The notes beneath the pieces are model-generated. The model saw only the letters and a program-made list of their open reading frames with translations, was not told where the DNA came from and made no database searches. A stretch of DNA of 64,000 nt, taken from an uncultured bacterium (GTDB taxonomy: Bacteria > Patescibacteriota > Minisyncoccia > UBA6257 > 2-01-FULL-56-20). A program made the position numbers and the translations under genes. Numbering within the stretch: position 1 is the stretch's first letter; every line of letters begins with the position of its first letter. The stretch spans positions 296,306-360,305 of the forward strand of contig OY970126.1 of assembly GCA_963705915.1 (NCBI GenBank), written 5' to 3'. Positions 44,818 to 56,628 of this stretch are shown in pieces.

Positions 44818-45081
44818 TCACTTCGCCCTCACGGTCACATGAGTCTTGCCCCACGAAATTTTGTTCCAAATGCGCTCGTGGATAAAATAGGCAACGGTGG
44901 TGTAAATGTTACTCACGATGACGAAGCCGACGGCAATATCGATTTGGTGAGTGAATAAATAGACGAACGTGAAGTCTAAGATGACGATAATAACCCGGTA
45001 GCTCAGCGCTTTTACAACCGAGCGCCATTCGCTGTCTTCGTGGATGTGTGCTTCTTGCTCGCCGTGGAGATTATGATCCAT
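44818..45081 (-). CDS. DUF2061-like small membrane protein
   Basis: ORF track ORF from 45405, but only the C-terminal 87 aa from the internal Met (MDHNLHGEQ...RSVVKALSYRVIIVILDFTFVYLF...FIHERIWNKISWG) look protein-like. They resemble DUF2061. Confidence 0.55.
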   Translation of the reverse strand: MDHNLHGEQEAHIHEDSEWRSVVKALSYRVIIVILDFTFVYLFTHQIDIAVGFVIVSNIYTTVAYFIHERIWNKISWGKTHVTVRAK

Positions 45082-45128
45082 AGCTTCATTATACACGCTC
45101 GCCTTCACGCACCGGACGATGTCACCGC

Positions 45129-45572
45129 TTAGTTTTTCTTTTTGAAGACCGTGAGGAGCGCCCGCTTCGTATAACCGCAGCGCTTGGCGAATGCGAAATT
45201 TTTTGGTTCGGTTTCGAAATAGATCGTCGTGCCCTTGGCGAGTGCCGCAATCTTTTTCATCATCGCAAGTCCTATTCCCTGCCGCTGATATTCCGGAGCA
45301 ATGATAAGGTCGAGAATTTTTGTATCGATCGCGAAGTCGCTCAAGGCGCGACCGATGCCGACGAGCTCGTGGGCGTCGTTCCACGCAGAGACGACGATGT
45401 CGCAATGCTCAAGCGAGCGACGCATGCGCGCAACGGAATATTCTTTTGGCGTACCCCAACCTAGCTCAACGTAGAGCGCTGCGGCTTCGGCTGGCTTCAC
45501 CGATCTTTTATCGGTTTTGATGGTTGTCGGCATAGGATTTTTGTGGTTCGCGATTGACGTTCGCCTCTTCAA
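45129..45572 (-). CDS. GNAT-family N-acetyltransferase
   Basis: ORF track 147 aa; motif A-like IAPEYQRQGIGLAMM. The start may be the internal Met at 45533. Confidence 0.75.
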   Translation of the reverse strand: MKRRTSIANHKNPMPTTIKTDKRSVKPAEAAALYVELGWGTPKEYSVARMRRSLEHCDIVVSAWNDAHELVGIGRALSDFAIDTKILDLIIAPEYQRQGIGLAMMKKIAALAKGTTIYFETEPKNFAFAKRCGYTKRALLTVFKKKN

Positions 45573-46785
45573 TCAATCTTTTATACACAAATGCACTCGG
45601 ACGAATACGGCGTTCGAGCGTCCGGTAATCGATTTCAACGAGGCCAAATCGGGGCCAATAACCGCTATCCCACTCGAAATTATCCATAAGCGACCAATGG
45701 AAATAGCCGCGGACGTCGGCGCCATGGTCAATCGCTTTTTGCATCGCTCGGATATGTTCGACGAGAAAATACTCACGATGCTTGTCGCGCGAATCGGCAA
45801 GCCCGTTCTCGGTAATATAAATCGGCTTGCCAAAGAACAATTTGAGTTCCATAAGCAAATGATAGAGACTTTCCGGATAAATCTCCCAACCAAAATCCGA
45901 AATCCGTTCATTTTTATTTCGTCCGTACCAATGGTCAACACGCATATGGAAATAAAAGTTGAGGCCGATGAAATCCGAGGATTCCGCAACGCCGAGGAAA
46001 AAATATGAATTCCACATCCTATCGGCCCACCATTTGAGCGCTCGATTCACCAACCCGCCGGCCGATTCAAAGTGTATAAGGTCCATGACGGGTCCGACGT
46101 GTGCTTGCGGGAATGCCTTTTTGATCTCGTCATACGAAGCGCGATGCGCTCGCATGAGGGCGTGCAAACTTTTGAAACCCATACGCCATCCCCGCCGTCC
46201 CGGCGGCCATTTGCCGTTATAGTATGAATTCATCGAAACGATTTCCGGTTCGTTGATGGTGATCCAAAAACGGACGTCTTCCCCGAACGCGGCCACAAGT
46301 TGTTCGGTATATCGCCGAAAATATTTAGGGAACTCCTTATTGAGCACGCCACCTTTACGGGCAAGCCAGGTGGGTAACGTCCAGTGCCAGATCGTAACGA
46401 ACGGCTCCATGTCGCGATTACGAAGCTCGCGAATAACCTCGCGATAGTGTGCGAGTTCTTTTTTGTTAAACTCCCCTTCTTCCGGCTCAACCCGCGACCA
46501 CTCAATCGAAAAGCGGTGCGCATTATGCCCAAGCGATTTTGCGATATCAAAATCTTCCCGAAAGCGATGATAGTGATCCGCTGCTCGTCCGGAGATGTAA
46601 TTCTCCTCTTGGAGCGGGTTCGGATAATTTTCTAAGATATGGTCTTCCCAGGTTTTTCCGCGAGCCTCGTTCGCCAGGCGTTTCGCGTTTTCATGTTCCC
46701 ACTCGGTCCAATTGTTATCGTTGCCGCCCTCAACTTGGTGTGAGCTCGTTGCTGCGCCCCAAAAAAATGGATCTACCATATTCAC
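45508..46785 (-). CDS. bglA: GH1 beta-glucosidase
   Basis: ORF track 425 aa. TINEP (acid/base) and ITENGLAD (nucleophile) motifs. Confidence 0.9.
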   Translation of the reverse strand: MNMVDPFFWGAATSSHQVEGGNDNNWTEWEHENAKRLANEARGKTWEDHILENYPNPLQEENYISGRAADHYHRFREDFDIAKSLGHNAHRFSIEWSRVEPEEGEFNKKELAHYREVIRELRNRDMEPFVTIWHWTLPTWLARKGGVLNKEFPKYFRRYTEQLVAAFGEDVRFWITINEPEIVSMNSYYNGKWPPGRRGWRMGFKSLHALMRAHRASYDEIKKAFPQAHVGPVMDLIHFESAGGLVNRALKWWADRMWNSYFFLGVAESSDFIGLNFYFHMRVDHWYGRNKNERISDFGWEIYPESLYHLLMELKLFFGKPIYITENGLADSRDKHREYFLVEHIRAMQKAIDHGADVRGYFHWSLMDNFEWDSGYWPRFGLVEIDYRTLERRIRPSAFVYKRLIEEANVNREPQKSYADNHQNR

Positions 46786-46797
46786 ATTCTACGGGAG

Positions 46798-47901
<1,104 letters not shown>

Positions 47902-47955
47902 GGGTCTAATTATAGTACGATGTTGGTTAAGAAAATATTAAAAAACGACCATCGT

Positions 47956-48972
47956 TCAATAGCCTATATTTTCTTTGGTTTGTGTTGATTCGCTTATCTT
48001 CATAAATCCAGTTGCAAGAAGAATTTCGTAAAAAATGAGGGAGATAAACTGAGCGACCCAGACAAAGAGAATACCAAGGGTGCGCAAAGCAAGGAAAAGC
48101 ACAACGGCCCAACCGACGATGAACCACGTTGGCCCTTCGGCTTGCCACGCTTGGAGCATCCCGACGATGAAGTTATAAAACGCATCGCTTGTCGGCGCGG
48201 ACGACGTTGCAGAACCGGATGTCGGCGCACCGAACGTATTTTCGAGTTGGGTTGTCTCCTGCGAGATTGTCGAGCTCTGCTGCTCTGGCGTCAAGCTTTG
48301 GAAGCTTGGGTTGTTCTGCAGTTCGGTTGTCGCAACGCTCTGCGCGAACGTCGAGAAAGAATTATTCGCGGAAAAATTTGGGTAGATATCGCTTATGAGG
48401 CCTGCTCCCCAATCAAAAAACTCCCGGAATCCTTGTCGTGATACAAAGACCGAATTCGAATTGAACTGGGGCACGTAGATCAAAATCATAAAGAGCAGCG
48501 TCGCAGTCACGAGCTTGCCGAGCATGGTTCCCGTGGTCCGGAAGAATTGGATCTCGATTCCGTTGTTGAGCATCGAACGTCCACCGAGATAGCCCCACAG
48601 GAGAAACAAATAGACGACGCCCGCGGCAACAAGGATGATCCCAAGTTGGTCCCTATAGAAGAATCCGAGGAGCGCCACGACCTCAAGGAACAGGATGACG
48701 AGCCGCCGAGAAAGATTACTCGTGAGGAAGAGTTCCAAAACCGAGAGCACGCTCCATAAGGCAAGTGCACCCAAAAGCCACCACAGCGAAAGATTGCTTT
48801 CAAGGTAGCGATAATAGGCAAAACCGAACACACCCGCCGAGAGTACCGCAAAGAAATCGAGAACAATCGACTTATAGAATCCGGGCGGCTTTTCGATCGC
48901 CGTGATTTTAGACTGATTGATCAGGTTTTGGGTCGGCCCCTCCCCCGCTATCACTTGTCGAAGATCCACCAT
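47956..48972 (-). CDS. polytopic membrane protein of unknown function located between dnaK and dnaJ
   Basis: ORF track 338 aa, ~8 TM. The 5' 65 nt overlap the dnaK 3' end, so the true start may be a non-ATG codon further in. Confidence 0.55.
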   Translation of the reverse strand: MVDLRQVIAGEGPTQNLINQSKITAIEKPPGFYKSIVLDFFAVLSAGVFGFAYYRYLESNLSLWWLLGALALWSVLSVLELFLTSNLSRRLVILFLEVVALLGFFYRDQLGIILVAAGVVYLFLLWGYLGGRSMLNNGIEIQFFRTTGTMLGKLVTATLLFMILIYVPQFNSNSVFVSRQGFREFFDWGAGLISDIYPNFSANNSFSTFAQSVATTELQNNPSFQSLTPEQQSSTISQETTQLENTFGAPTSGSATSSAPTSDAFYNFIVGMLQAWQAEGPTWFIVGWAVVLFLALRTLGILFVWVAQFISLIFYEILLATGFMKISESTQTKENIGY

Positions 48973-50791
48973 TGTCTTTATTATAGAACGCCTGCCCTAT
49001 TTTTTGTATCTCTGCGCTCACCTCCTGCGTCGCCTTTTGGATGGCAGCAATATCGTCGCCAGCCTGCGCAGCCTTGAGCGCCGTGAGTTTCACCTCGATG
49101 CCGCTCTTAATATCTGCCGGGAGTTTATCCCCAGCGTCACGGATCGATTTTTCAGCGAGGTAGACCATCGACTCGGCTTGGTTTTTCACCTCCACCAATT
49201 CTTTTTTCTTGGCATCCTCTGCAGCGTGTTCGGCGGCCTCCTTTTTGAGACGCTCGATTTCGTCTTTTGAAAGGTTCGTTGACGCCTCAATTTTTACCGA
49301 CTGCGTTTTGCCGCTCGCTTTGTCTTTTGCGGAAACGTTCAAAATGCCGTTCGCGTCGATGTCGAACGTGACTTCAACCTGCGGCATACCTCGCGGCGCG
49401 GGCGGGATACCGTCCAGAATAAATTTCGCGAGCGTTTTGTTGTCGGCCGCCATCGGACGTTCGCCCTGCAAGACATGTACTTCAACCGACGTTTGATTAT
49501 CGGCAGCCGTGCTGAATGTCTGCGTCTTTGCGGTTGGCACCGTCGTATTCTTCTGAATCATCGGCGTCGCGACGCTGCCGAACGTTTCGATGGCGAGCGT
49601 GAGCGGCGTGACATCCAGGAGCAATATGTCTTTCACGTCGCCCTGCAAAATGCCAGCCTGCACAGCGGCGCCCACGGCAACCACTTCGTCCGGGTTAATA
49701 CCCTGATGCGGGTCCTTGCCGAATAATTTTTTGACGGCTTCCTGCATTGCAGGCATGCGCGTCTGGCCACCGACCAAAATCACTTCGTTGATTTCACTCA
49801 ATTGATATCCCGCACCTTTCGGCGCAGGCGATGTAACCGTTTCTTTCGTGAGTTGAATCGAATGATCGATATATTCCTGCACAAGCGACTCAAGCTTTGC
49901 GCGTGAAAGTTTCATCACAAAATGCTTCGGGCCATTCGCATCAGAAGAAATGTACGGCAAATTGATCTCCGTTTCCGTGGCGGTCGAGAGTTCGTGCTTG
50001 GCTTTTTCCGCGGCTTCTTTCAGGCGCTGGAGCGCAAGCGCATCCTTCGAAATATCAATGCCTTCTTGTTTCTTGTATTCTTGCACCAAAAATTCCTGAA
50101 TCTTCTTATCGAAGTCATCGCCGCCTAAGTGCGTGTCGCCGCCGGTTGCTTTCACCTCAACGGTATCTTCACTCACTTCGAGCACGGAGATATCGAATGT
50201 ACCGCCGCCAAAGTCGTAGACGACGATCTTTTCGTTCTTTTGCTTATTGAAACCGTAAGCGAGCGCGGCAGCCGTCGGCTCGTTCACGATGCGGCGAACT
50301 TTGAGCCCTGCGATTTCGCCGGCGCTCTTCGTTGCCTGGCGTTGCGAGTCGTCGAAATAGGCCGGGACCGTAATTACCGCTTCTTCCACTTTTTCACCGA
50401 GTTTCGCCTCCGCATCGGCTTTGAGTTTTGCGAGCACCATCGAAGAAATTTCTTCCGGCGAATACCATTTGTCGCCCATCTTCACCTGCACGCCGCCCGT
50501 CGGTCCTTCTTGCATTTCATACGGCAGCCACGCTCTATCGCGCTGCACTTCGGCATCACTCCACTTACGGCCGATGAGGCGCTTCACCGAGAAAATGGTG
50601 TTCTTTGGATTCGTCACTGATTGGCGCTTGGCGAGCAAGCCCACGAGACGCTCGTTTGACTTCGAAATCGCCACGATTGACGGCGTGGTTCGGTTGCCTT
50701 CGGCATTTTCGAGGATCTTCGGCTCGCCGCCTTCCATGACGGCAACGGCAGAGTTTGTTGTTCCCAGGTCTATTCCTAAAATTTTTGGCAT
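48908..50791 (-). CDS. dnaK: molecular chaperone DnaK (Hsp70)
   Basis: ORF track 627 aa. [33 protein letters not shown]. Confidence 0.97.
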   Translation of the reverse strand: MPKILGIDLGTTNSAVAVMEGGEPKILENAEGNRTTPSIVAISKSNERLVGLLAKRQSVTNPKNTIFSVKRLIGRKWSDAEVQRDRAWLPYEMQEGPTGGVQVKMGDKWYSPEEISSMVLAKLKADAEAKLGEKVEEAVITVPAYFDDSQRQATKSAGEIAGLKVRRIVNEPTAAALAYGFNKQKNEKIVVYDFGGGTFDISVLEVSEDTVEVKATGGDTHLGGDDFDKKIQEFLVQEYKKQEGIDISKDALALQRLKEAAEKAKHELSTATETEINLPYISSDANGPKHFVMKLSRAKLESLVQEYIDHSIQLTKETVTSPAPKGAGYQLSEINEVILVGGQTRMPAMQEAVKKLFGKDPHQGINPDEVVAVGAAVQAGILQGDVKDILLLDVTPLTLAIETFGSVATPMIQKNTTVPTAKTQTFSTAADNQTSVEVHVLQGERPMAADNKTLAKFILDGIPPAPRGMPQVEVTFDIDANGILNVSAKDKASGKTQSVKIEASTNLSKDEIERLKKEAAEHAAEDAKKKELVEVKNQAESMVYLAEKSIRDAGDKLPADIKSGIEVKLTALKAAQAGDDIAAIQKATQEVSAEIQKIGQAFYNKDNGGSSTSDSGGGADPKPDQSV

Positions 50792-50847
50792 AGGTTTTAA
50801 TGTATTACGAAATTACGAATGTTCTACTGTTTCGACTTTATTATTTT

Positions 50848-51375
50848 TTAATGATTTTCCCTGCTTATAATTACTCGTGCTGGTCGAAGGACCTTTTCAT
50901 GCAGCCGATATCCTTGCTCAATCACTTCTACGATCGATCCGGCTGGTTTGTCTGACGGAATCTCTGAGAGGGCTTCTGCAACAGCCGGGTCAAACATATC
51001 ACCCTCCTTTATATCAATCTTCGTGAGTCCGCGCTTCTTTAATATATCTTCTATCTGCGTCCGGATGAGGTATACCCCTTTCTCGACGGGGCCATGGTTC
51101 TCGAGCGCCCGCAGGCCAAGATCAAAATTGTCAAGCACGGAGATCAAATCGCGGATGAGGTCCTGACTTCCATACTGCGCAACCTCTTCCAAATGTTTCA
51201 TCTCTTCCTTGCGATAGTTGATGAAGTCAGCTTTCGCCCGCTGCCATCCGGCGAGATATTCGTCCCGCTGTTTTAGGGTAGCGGCAAGTTTTTCTTCAAG
51301 GTCGCCGTTTGCGCCGCTTACATCATTTGTTTCCTTTGCCATGTTTTCCGCATTATTTTTTATTTCGTCGGCCAT
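50848..51375 (-). CDS. grpE: nucleotide exchange factor GrpE
   Basis: ORF track 175 aa; GrpE fold and operon position. Confidence 0.9.
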   Translation of the reverse strand: MADEIKNNAENMAKETNDVSGANGDLEEKLAATLKQRDEYLAGWQRAKADFINYRKEEMKHLEEVAQYGSQDLIRDLISVLDNFDLGLRALENHGPVEKGVYLIRTQIEDILKKRGLTKIDIKEGDMFDPAVAEALSEIPSDKPAGSIVEVIEQGYRLHEKVLRPARVIISRENH

Positions 51376-51384
51376 GGTTCGTGG

Positions 51385-52062
51385 TTATAAGTTTTTGAAA
51401 ATCCGAATTGTTTTTTTGTAATCCATCCGCTTTGGCCCAATTGCGAAAATCGAAATCGTCATGTCGCCCACGTGGTAATTGCCGCCGATCACAGAAAGAT
51501 TTTCACTTCTCGTGACTGGGCTTTTTTTACCAATGAACACGTTTGGCCCTTCACTCATCTTCGACGCAGCACGCGACACGCGCCCATCGACTTCTTCGAA
51601 ATCGTGGATCACAGACCGAATACCAGCATGGTCCTCCCAGTCGAGACGGCTTACGAGCTGTTCAAGACCCGCTTTCCAAACCATATCGTGTGCAAGATCG
51701 GCGGCGACGCCGAGGAGGCCGAGCTCCGACGAAAACCGCTCGAGCAAATCCGGCCACGCGCGCTCTTCGAGAAGTTCGCGCAGTGAATATTCGCGCGGAG
51801 CCGCTTCACGCGAATCGCGCGCCGCAGTCATCGCGCGCGTTGCAAAAAATTCATATCCCACGTCGGTCGGAATCCTGCCGGCTGAATGGTGCGGCTGCGC
51901 TAAAAATCCCTCTTCTTCAAGCGCATCAAGTTCCAGGCGAATCATCGCCGGTTTGATGCCGAAATCATAATTGTCATAAAGCCATCCGGAACTCACGGGC
52001 TCCCCCGTTGCAATAAATTCCTGGATGACTGCTTCTAAAATGTCCCCTTTGCGGTCGTTCAT
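51385..52062 (-). CDS. hrcA: heat-inducible transcription repressor HrcA (short, 225 aa)
   Basis: ORF track. N-terminal wHTH ILEAVIQEFIATGEPVSSGWL; operon position upstream of grpE-dnaK. Confidence 0.8.
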   Translation of the reverse strand: MNDRKGDILEAVIQEFIATGEPVSSGWLYDNYDFGIKPAMIRLELDALEEEGFLAQPHHSAGRIPTDVGYEFFATRAMTAARDSREAAPREYSLRELLEERAWPDLLERFSSELGLLGVAADLAHDMVWKAGLEQLVSRLDWEDHAGIRSVIHDFEEVDGRVSRAASKMSEGPNVFIGKKSPVTRSENLSVIGGNYHVGDMTISIFAIGPKRMDYKKTIRIFKNL

Positions 52063-52081
52063 CAGAACTATTATACGCCCA

Positions 52082-52108
52082 TTAGCAATCCCGTCAAGAG
52101 AGTGCCAG
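52082..52108. promoter_or_regulatory. CIRCE-like inverted repeat TTAGCAATC-N9-GAGTGCCAG upstream of hrcA
   Basis: 14/18 match to CIRCE consensus TTAGCACTC-N9-GAGTGCTAA, 20 nt upstream of the hrcA start. Confidence 0.5.
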
Positions 52109-52146
52109 TGGGCAAATATCGCACTTTCTTATGCTAAAATAATCCT

Positions 52147-53028
52147 ATGGACATCAAAAAGGGAAAAGGCGTCCAGTGGATTGACATACACGGGCCAACG
52201 GAAAAAGAGCTACAGTGGCTCACGACGCAATACAACGTGCATCCGGTAATCATCGACGAACTTCGCGGCCCATCGGCGCGAGCGCGTGTTGAAGCGTACC
52301 AAGATTATCTCTACTTCATCTACTACTTCCCGCTCTACGATAAAGAAGACGGCGCCTCGATCCGTACGGAAATCGACTTCATCGTGACCGAAGACACCGT
52401 CATCACCGTGCACTATGAGCCGATGAAGGACGTCTACGATGGTTTTGAGGTGCGGCGGTTCTCATCGACGCTCGAGATCATGTACAACCTCGTTGAACAC
52501 CTCATCAACTTTGAAGAACGGCAACTACGCCACGTTCGGGAAAAAGTGGAGGCGGTGGGGAAAGAGATTTTCAAGGGCAATGAAATGGACATCCTCCAAC
52601 GCGTGACCTATGTGAAGCGGGATATTTCAGAATATCGCATCGTGATCCGACTCCAGGGACCCATTCTCAATTCACTCCTTACTAAAGGAAAAAAGTTTTG
52701 GGGCGGCGATTCTGAAGTCTATCTCAATGACTTGATCGGCGACCAGTTGAAAATTGTGAGCCAGCTTGAAGATTACCGCGACGCGATTTCGGATTTTGAG
52801 GATACAAACAACCAACTGATGAACCTCAAAATTAATAGCGTGATGAAGACATTCACATCGCTCTCATTCCTCACGTTTCCGTTCGTGCTCCTCGCCGCGA
52901 TCTTCAGCATGAACACGCGCGATACCCCCATCATCAATTTGCCTGGTGCCTTCTGGATTGTGATCGGCGTGATGGCGCTCGGCATGATTTCACTCGCAAC
53001 GTATTTCAAACGAAAAGGCTGGTTTTAG
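52147..53028 (+). CDS. corA: CorA-family divalent cation transporter
   Basis: ORF track 293 aa. Cytoplasmic N-domain plus two C-terminal TMs with an MN motif (AAIFSMNTRD). Confidence 0.8.
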   Translation: MDIKKGKGVQWIDIHGPTEKELQWLTTQYNVHPVIIDELRGPSARARVEAYQDYLYFIYYFPLYDKEDGASIRTEIDFIVTEDTVITVHYEPMKDVYDGFEVRRFSSTLEIMYNLVEHLINFEERQLRHVREKVEAVGKEIFKGNEMDILQRVTYVKRDISEYRIVIRLQGPILNSLLTKGKKFWGGDSEVYLNDLIGDQLKIVSQLEDYRDAISDFEDTNNQLMNLKINSVMKTFTSLSFLTFPFVLLAAIFSMNTRDTPIINLPGAFWIVIGVMALGMISLATYFKRKGWF

Positions 53029-53041
53029 AAAATTTTAATGT

Positions 53042-54433
53042 ATGATCACAATCTACAATACGCTTTCAGGCCAGAAGGAAGCGCTGCCCGATCAGAAAAA
53101 GCTTAGGCTTTTTGTCTGCGGACCAACCGTCTACGACTATCTCCACATCGGGAACGCCCGAGGCTACATTTTTTTTGACTTCTTTGTGAAGTATCTCCGG
53201 TCAAAAGGGTACGATGTTTTCTATCTGCAAAATATCACGGACATTGACGACAAAATTATCCGCCGCGCAGCGGAAGAGCACGAGGCGCCAGCAAAACTCG
53301 CCAAACGATTCGCCGAAATTTATTTTGACGACATGAAAAAGCTCGGCGTGACAGCGGTCACCACGTACGCCGGGGCAACTGATTTCATCACCCAAATTGC
53401 AGCGCAGGTTGAGCGCCTCATTGAACGAGGTTATGCATACAAAATTGACGGCGACGGCTGGTATTTTGATATTGCAAAATTCCCGACCTACGGAGCGCTA
53501 TCGCATCGGACCGCGCTTGACGCAGAAGATTCCGTAAGTCGCATCGACGATTCCGTTGGTAAAAAAAATAAAGGTGATTTTTGTCTTTGGAAATTCACGT
53601 CGAAAGATAGGTATGAGAACGAGCCGTCGTGGAATACTGCCGTTGGCGAAGGACGCCCGGGATGGCACATCGAAGACACGGCCATCTCGGAATATTATTT
53701 CGGCCCGCAATACGACCTCCATGGCGGCGGCATCGATTTGAAATTCCCCCATCACGAAGCAGAAATCGCACAGCAAGAAGCGGCATCGGGCCGCAAACCA
53801 TTTGTCCGACAATGGATGCATTGGGGAACCTTGCTTGTCGAAGGGAAAAAAATGTCGAAGAGCTTGGGGAATTTTATTACCATCCGTGATTTTCTCGCCA
53901 ATTACGAGCCGGTTGTGTTGCGATGGATCACCTTTACTCACCACTATCGTTCACCTATCGACTATTCTTCAAAGCTCGCCGATCAAGCGAAAGCTGCCAT
54001 GAATACGCTCGGGGCTTTCATGGCAAAACTCGACCTCGCAGACGGCCCAGGCACCGGCGGCAAAACCGATCCGACGGAAATTATCAAAAAAATATCATTA
54101 AAATTTGACGAAGCATTGGCGGACGACGCGAACACCCCGCTCGCGATCGCTGCCCTCTTTGAACTAACCGCCCAATTCCAGCCGGTTGTTTGGACCATCA
54201 AGAGGTCCGAGGCAAAAAATATTAAAAAAATATTAACGTCTTCGCTCGAACTTTTCGGTATTTCATTAAAAAACCCTAAAATCCCGGCCGACGTGATGAA
54301 AATGGCCAAGGAACGGGAGCAATACCGAGTTAATAAACAATTTATGCAGTCCGACGACTTGCGAAAGAAAATTGAAAGCGTAGGATTTGAAATTGAAGAT
54401 ACTCCACGGGGCCCATTCCTCTGGCCGCACTAA
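53042..54433 (+). CDS. cysS: cysteine--tRNA ligase
   Basis: ORF track 463 aa. HIGNARGY (HIGH) and KMSKSLGN (KMSKS). Confidence 0.95.
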   Translation: MITIYNTLSGQKEALPDQKKLRLFVCGPTVYDYLHIGNARGYIFFDFFVKYLRSKGYDVFYLQNITDIDDKIIRRAAEEHEAPAKLAKRFAEIYFDDMKKLGVTAVTTYAGATDFITQIAAQVERLIERGYAYKIDGDGWYFDIAKFPTYGALSHRTALDAEDSVSRIDDSVGKKNKGDFCLWKFTSKDRYENEPSWNTAVGEGRPGWHIEDTAISEYYFGPQYDLHGGGIDLKFPHHEAEIAQQEAASGRKPFVRQWMHWGTLLVEGKKMSKSLGNFITIRDFLANYEPVVLRWITFTHHYRSPIDYSSKLADQAKAAMNTLGAFMAKLDLADGPGTGGKTDPTEIIKKISLKFDEALADDANTPLAIAALFELTAQFQPVVWTIKRSEAKNIKKILTSSLELFGISLKNPKIPADVMKMAKEREQYRVNKQFMQSDDLRKKIESVGFEIEDTPRGPFLWPH

Positions 54434-54453
54434 TATCGTTCCGCGTTAACCCC

Positions 54454-55815
54454 ATGCCCTCCAAAAAATCCGATCTTAAACTTCCGCCCCAGAATCTCGA
54501 GGCGGAGCAAAATGTGCTGGGCAGCCTTCTTATCGACAAGAACGCCATTTTTCGTGTCGCCGACCTTCTCGTGTCGGATGATTTCTATGCGCCAGCGCAT
54601 GCAAGGATTTATGATGCCATTTTGCACCTCTACGAGAAACGACAACCAATCGACGTCCTTTCACTCACAACCTACCTCAAAGACCAGGAGCTCCTGAAGG
54701 ATGTTGGCGGGTCAAGCTACCTCGCAGAACTCACGAACCAAGTGACAACGGCATCCCACGTGGCGCACTATGCAGGCATCGTCCGAGAAAAGAAAGTGCG
54801 GCGCGACCTCATCAAGGCTTCTGCTGAAATGGCAGAGAGTGCGTTCGAGAACGGACAGGAAATCGACGACCTTCTCGACGACAACGAACAAAAAATTCTT
54901 GCGATCTCACAGCATTCACTCCCGCAAAACTTCGTAGCCCTCAAAGACGATCTCGTCACAGCGTACGAACGTATCGCGACGCTCCACACCGGCGGCGGCA
55001 AGCTGCGCGGCGTGCCAACCGGATTCCATGAGCTTGACGAGACGCTTTCCGGTTTACAAAAGTCTGAACTCATCATCGTGGGCGCCAGGCCGTCTGTTGG
55101 AAAAACATCGCTCGCCCTCGACATCGGACGCAACTGCGCAAAAGCCGGACACACCGTCGGTATTTTTTCCCTTGAAATGTCCCGCGAACAATTACAGGAC
55201 CGCATCATTGCCGCCGAGTCACAGGTACCGCTCTGGCACATCCTCACCGGACGCATAACCAGCGAGAGCGAATTTCCGATGATTCAGGACGCGCTCGACC
55301 GGCTCTCGCAGATAAAACTGTTTATCGACGATTCCCCTTCGCTCAACGTCCTGCAGATGCGCTCGATGGCGCGGCGGTTGCAGGTTGAACACGGCCTCGA
55401 CCTCCTCATCATTGACTACCTCCAGCTGATCCGGCCGCGGGTGAACTTTGAAAGTATGGTTCAGCAGGTCACCGAGATTTCGCGGGGCTTGAAAGCGCTC
55501 GCCCGCGAGCTTAAAATCCCCGTCGTCGCCCTTTCCCAGCTCTCCCGCGGCGTTGAACAACGTGATCACAAAGTTCCCCGCCTCTCGGACCTCCGCGAAT
55601 CAGGATCTATTGAACAAGACGCCGACATCGTGATGTTTATTTGGCGCGACGAACATAATCCAAACGATACCGCGAGCGAATCCGACAACGTCGTTCATCT
55701 TCGTATCGCCAAACACCGCAACGGTCCATTGCGCGATATCGACTTCTTCTTCGACGCCGAACGCGCGAGCTTCAAGGTTTTGGAAAAACGCTACAGCGAA
55801 TTGCCCCCGTTATGA
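54454..55815 (+). CDS. dnaB: replicative DNA helicase DnaB
   Basis: ORF track 453 aa. N-terminal DnaB domain, Walker A GARPSVGKTS, RecA-like core. Confidence 0.95.
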   Translation: MPSKKSDLKLPPQNLEAEQNVLGSLLIDKNAIFRVADLLVSDDFYAPAHARIYDAILHLYEKRQPIDVLSLTTYLKDQELLKDVGGSSYLAELTNQVTTASHVAHYAGIVREKKVRRDLIKASAEMAESAFENGQEIDDLLDDNEQKILAISQHSLPQNFVALKDDLVTAYERIATLHTGGGKLRGVPTGFHELDETLSGLQKSELIIVGARPSVGKTSLALDIGRNCAKAGHTVGIFSLEMSREQLQDRIIAAESQVPLWHILTGRITSESEFPMIQDALDRLSQIKLFIDDSPSLNVLQMRSMARRLQVEHGLDLLIIDYLQLIRPRVNFESMVQQVTEISRGLKALARELKIPVVALSQLSRGVEQRDHKVPRLSDLRESGSIEQDADIVMFIWRDEHNPNDTASESDNVVHLRIAKHRNGPLRDIDFFFDAERASFKVLEKRYSELPPL

Positions 55816-56414
55816 AGTTGCCATCTCCCGTCCAGCGCGTGATCGAAGAACTTTCGAAGCTTCCTTCGATTGGTCCGCGTCAATCAGTTCGTCTCGCATT
55901 CCATCTCATTGGAGAGAATAAAGGCGAGCTCAAATCGTTCGCCGAAGCGATCGACGGTTTACGCAGTATTAAAATCTGTGAGCGATGTTTTTTTATCCAC
56001 CAGAACGATGACACGCTTTGCGACATCTGCAGAAATCCAAACCGAAAGCAGAATATCATTATGGTGATTGAAAAAGAAACGGACCTCATTTCACTCGAAG
56101 ACACTAAAAAATTTATCGGCCGTTATTGTATTGTTGGCCCGATCGCAAAAACGGGCTTTCTCGAACCGTGGCAAAAACTTCGCCTTCAAAGCTTGAAATC
56201 GTTTATAGAGAAAAATCTTGACGGGCAAGCAGACGAGATTATCTTGGCATTCAACCCAACGTCGCTCGGCGATTTTCAAGCATCGCTTCTCATGAAAGAA
56301 CTTGGCCCGCTGGCAAAAAAAATAAGCCGCTTGGGGCGCGGCTTACCAACGGGCGGCGAGATCGAGTTTGCCGACGACGAGACGCTCGGCAGCGCACTCG
56401 AACGGCGGAGCTAA
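55812..56414 (+). CDS. recR: recombination protein RecR
   Basis: ORF track 200 aa. HhH, C4 zinc finger CERCFFIHQNDDTLCDIC, Toprim. Confidence 0.9.
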   Translation: MKLPSPVQRVIEELSKLPSIGPRQSVRLAFHLIGENKGELKSFAEAIDGLRSIKICERCFFIHQNDDTLCDICRNPNRKQNIIMVIEKETDLISLEDTKKFIGRYCIVGPIAKTGFLEPWQKLRLQSLKSFIEKNLDGQADEIILAFNPTSLGDFQASLLMKELGPLAKKISRLGRGLPTGGEIEFADDETLGSALERRS

Positions 56415-56628
56415 CTTTTCGGCGGCGGCGATGATGCGGACCCTTCCTTCTCGAGGGGCTTATCGGGCGGGCTTTCCATTTTCTGCTTCAGGCGAGCCCT
56501 GAGCTTTCTCAGTTTGTTCTCTTCACTATTCGATTCGTTCTGTCTCGGCGTGTGAAATTCAGCGCCCATCGCAAAGGCTCCTTTTTAACGCTAGCGAATG
56601 ACGTGCTTTCCTGAGAGACACTATACCC

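Noticed and set aside
44818-45405. Full 195-aa ORF as a real protein
   Set aside because: The N-terminal 108 aa are Arg/Cys-rich junk (MRHRRLCVERRPRARRHRSRLERLRDRYKNSRPYHCSGISAAGNRTCDDEKDCGTRQGHDDLFRNRTKKFRIRQALRLYEAGAPHGLQKEKLSGDIVRCVKASVYNEA) with no protein-like composition. Only the C-terminal 87 aa look protein-like.
56413-56568. 51-aa minus ORF (MGAEFHTPRQNESNSEENKLRKLRARLKQKMESPPDKPLEKEG...) in the recR/ychF convergent gap
   Set aside because: It is a low-complexity charged peptide that overlaps the recR 3' end, with no recognisable family. It could be real, but support is insufficient.
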